This document shows positions 63,931 to 64,000 of a stretch of 64,000 nucleotides of DNA, piece after piece. This DNA comes from Octopus sinensis (lineage: Eukaryota). The notes below the pieces were generated by a model. The model was not told the origin of the DNA. It saw nothing but the letters and a program-made list of their open reading frames with translations, and did not search any database. The DNA lies in assembly GCF_006345805.1 (NCBI RefSeq), contig NC_043010.1, positions 48,670,001 to 48,734,000 on the forward strand, in the 5' to 3' direction. The position numbers were made by a program, and so were the translations under genes. Position 1 is the stretch's first letter. Each line of letters begins with the position of its first letter.

Positions 63931-64000
63931 TGTCCTGTACATACATATATATATATATATATACATTTATATGTGTGTGTGTGTGTGTGTATGCATACAC

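Overview
AT-rich, repeat-saturated animal genomic DNA. The tRNA-derived SINE families and extreme microsatellite density point to an octopus genome (inference, not database-checked). I recognise no host protein-coding exon, rRNA, true tRNA or CRISPR array, so the window looks intronic or intergenic. Nearly all long ORFs in the track are read-through of microsatellites. It holds two full-length Tc1 elements with TIRs and TA duplications, one only two frameshifts from intact. It also holds mariner and DD37D relics, three Penelope-like relics, L1/Tx1, CR1 and CR1/Jockey-like LINE fragments, Lep1-like Helitron-type elements, MITEs, and about 30 SINE copies or fragments in four families. The least explained structures are these. 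(1) A composite at about 47085-48030 with 33 phased CCGGARATTG decamers between oppositely polarised A/T-tract arms. (2) A 529-bp tandem array that folds back on itself next to a Helitron-like 5' end (51060-53460), possibly an assembly artefact. (3) A 176/177-bp ABAB higher-order satellite with a hammerhead-like motif at each junction. (4) Minimal hammerhead ribozyme candidates at 26345 and 2957. (5) Several near-perfect fold-backs: 4185, 14695 (nested inside a 13400/16499 inverted duplication), 21923 and 58053. Coordinates were read by eye; boundaries of decayed elements are approximate.
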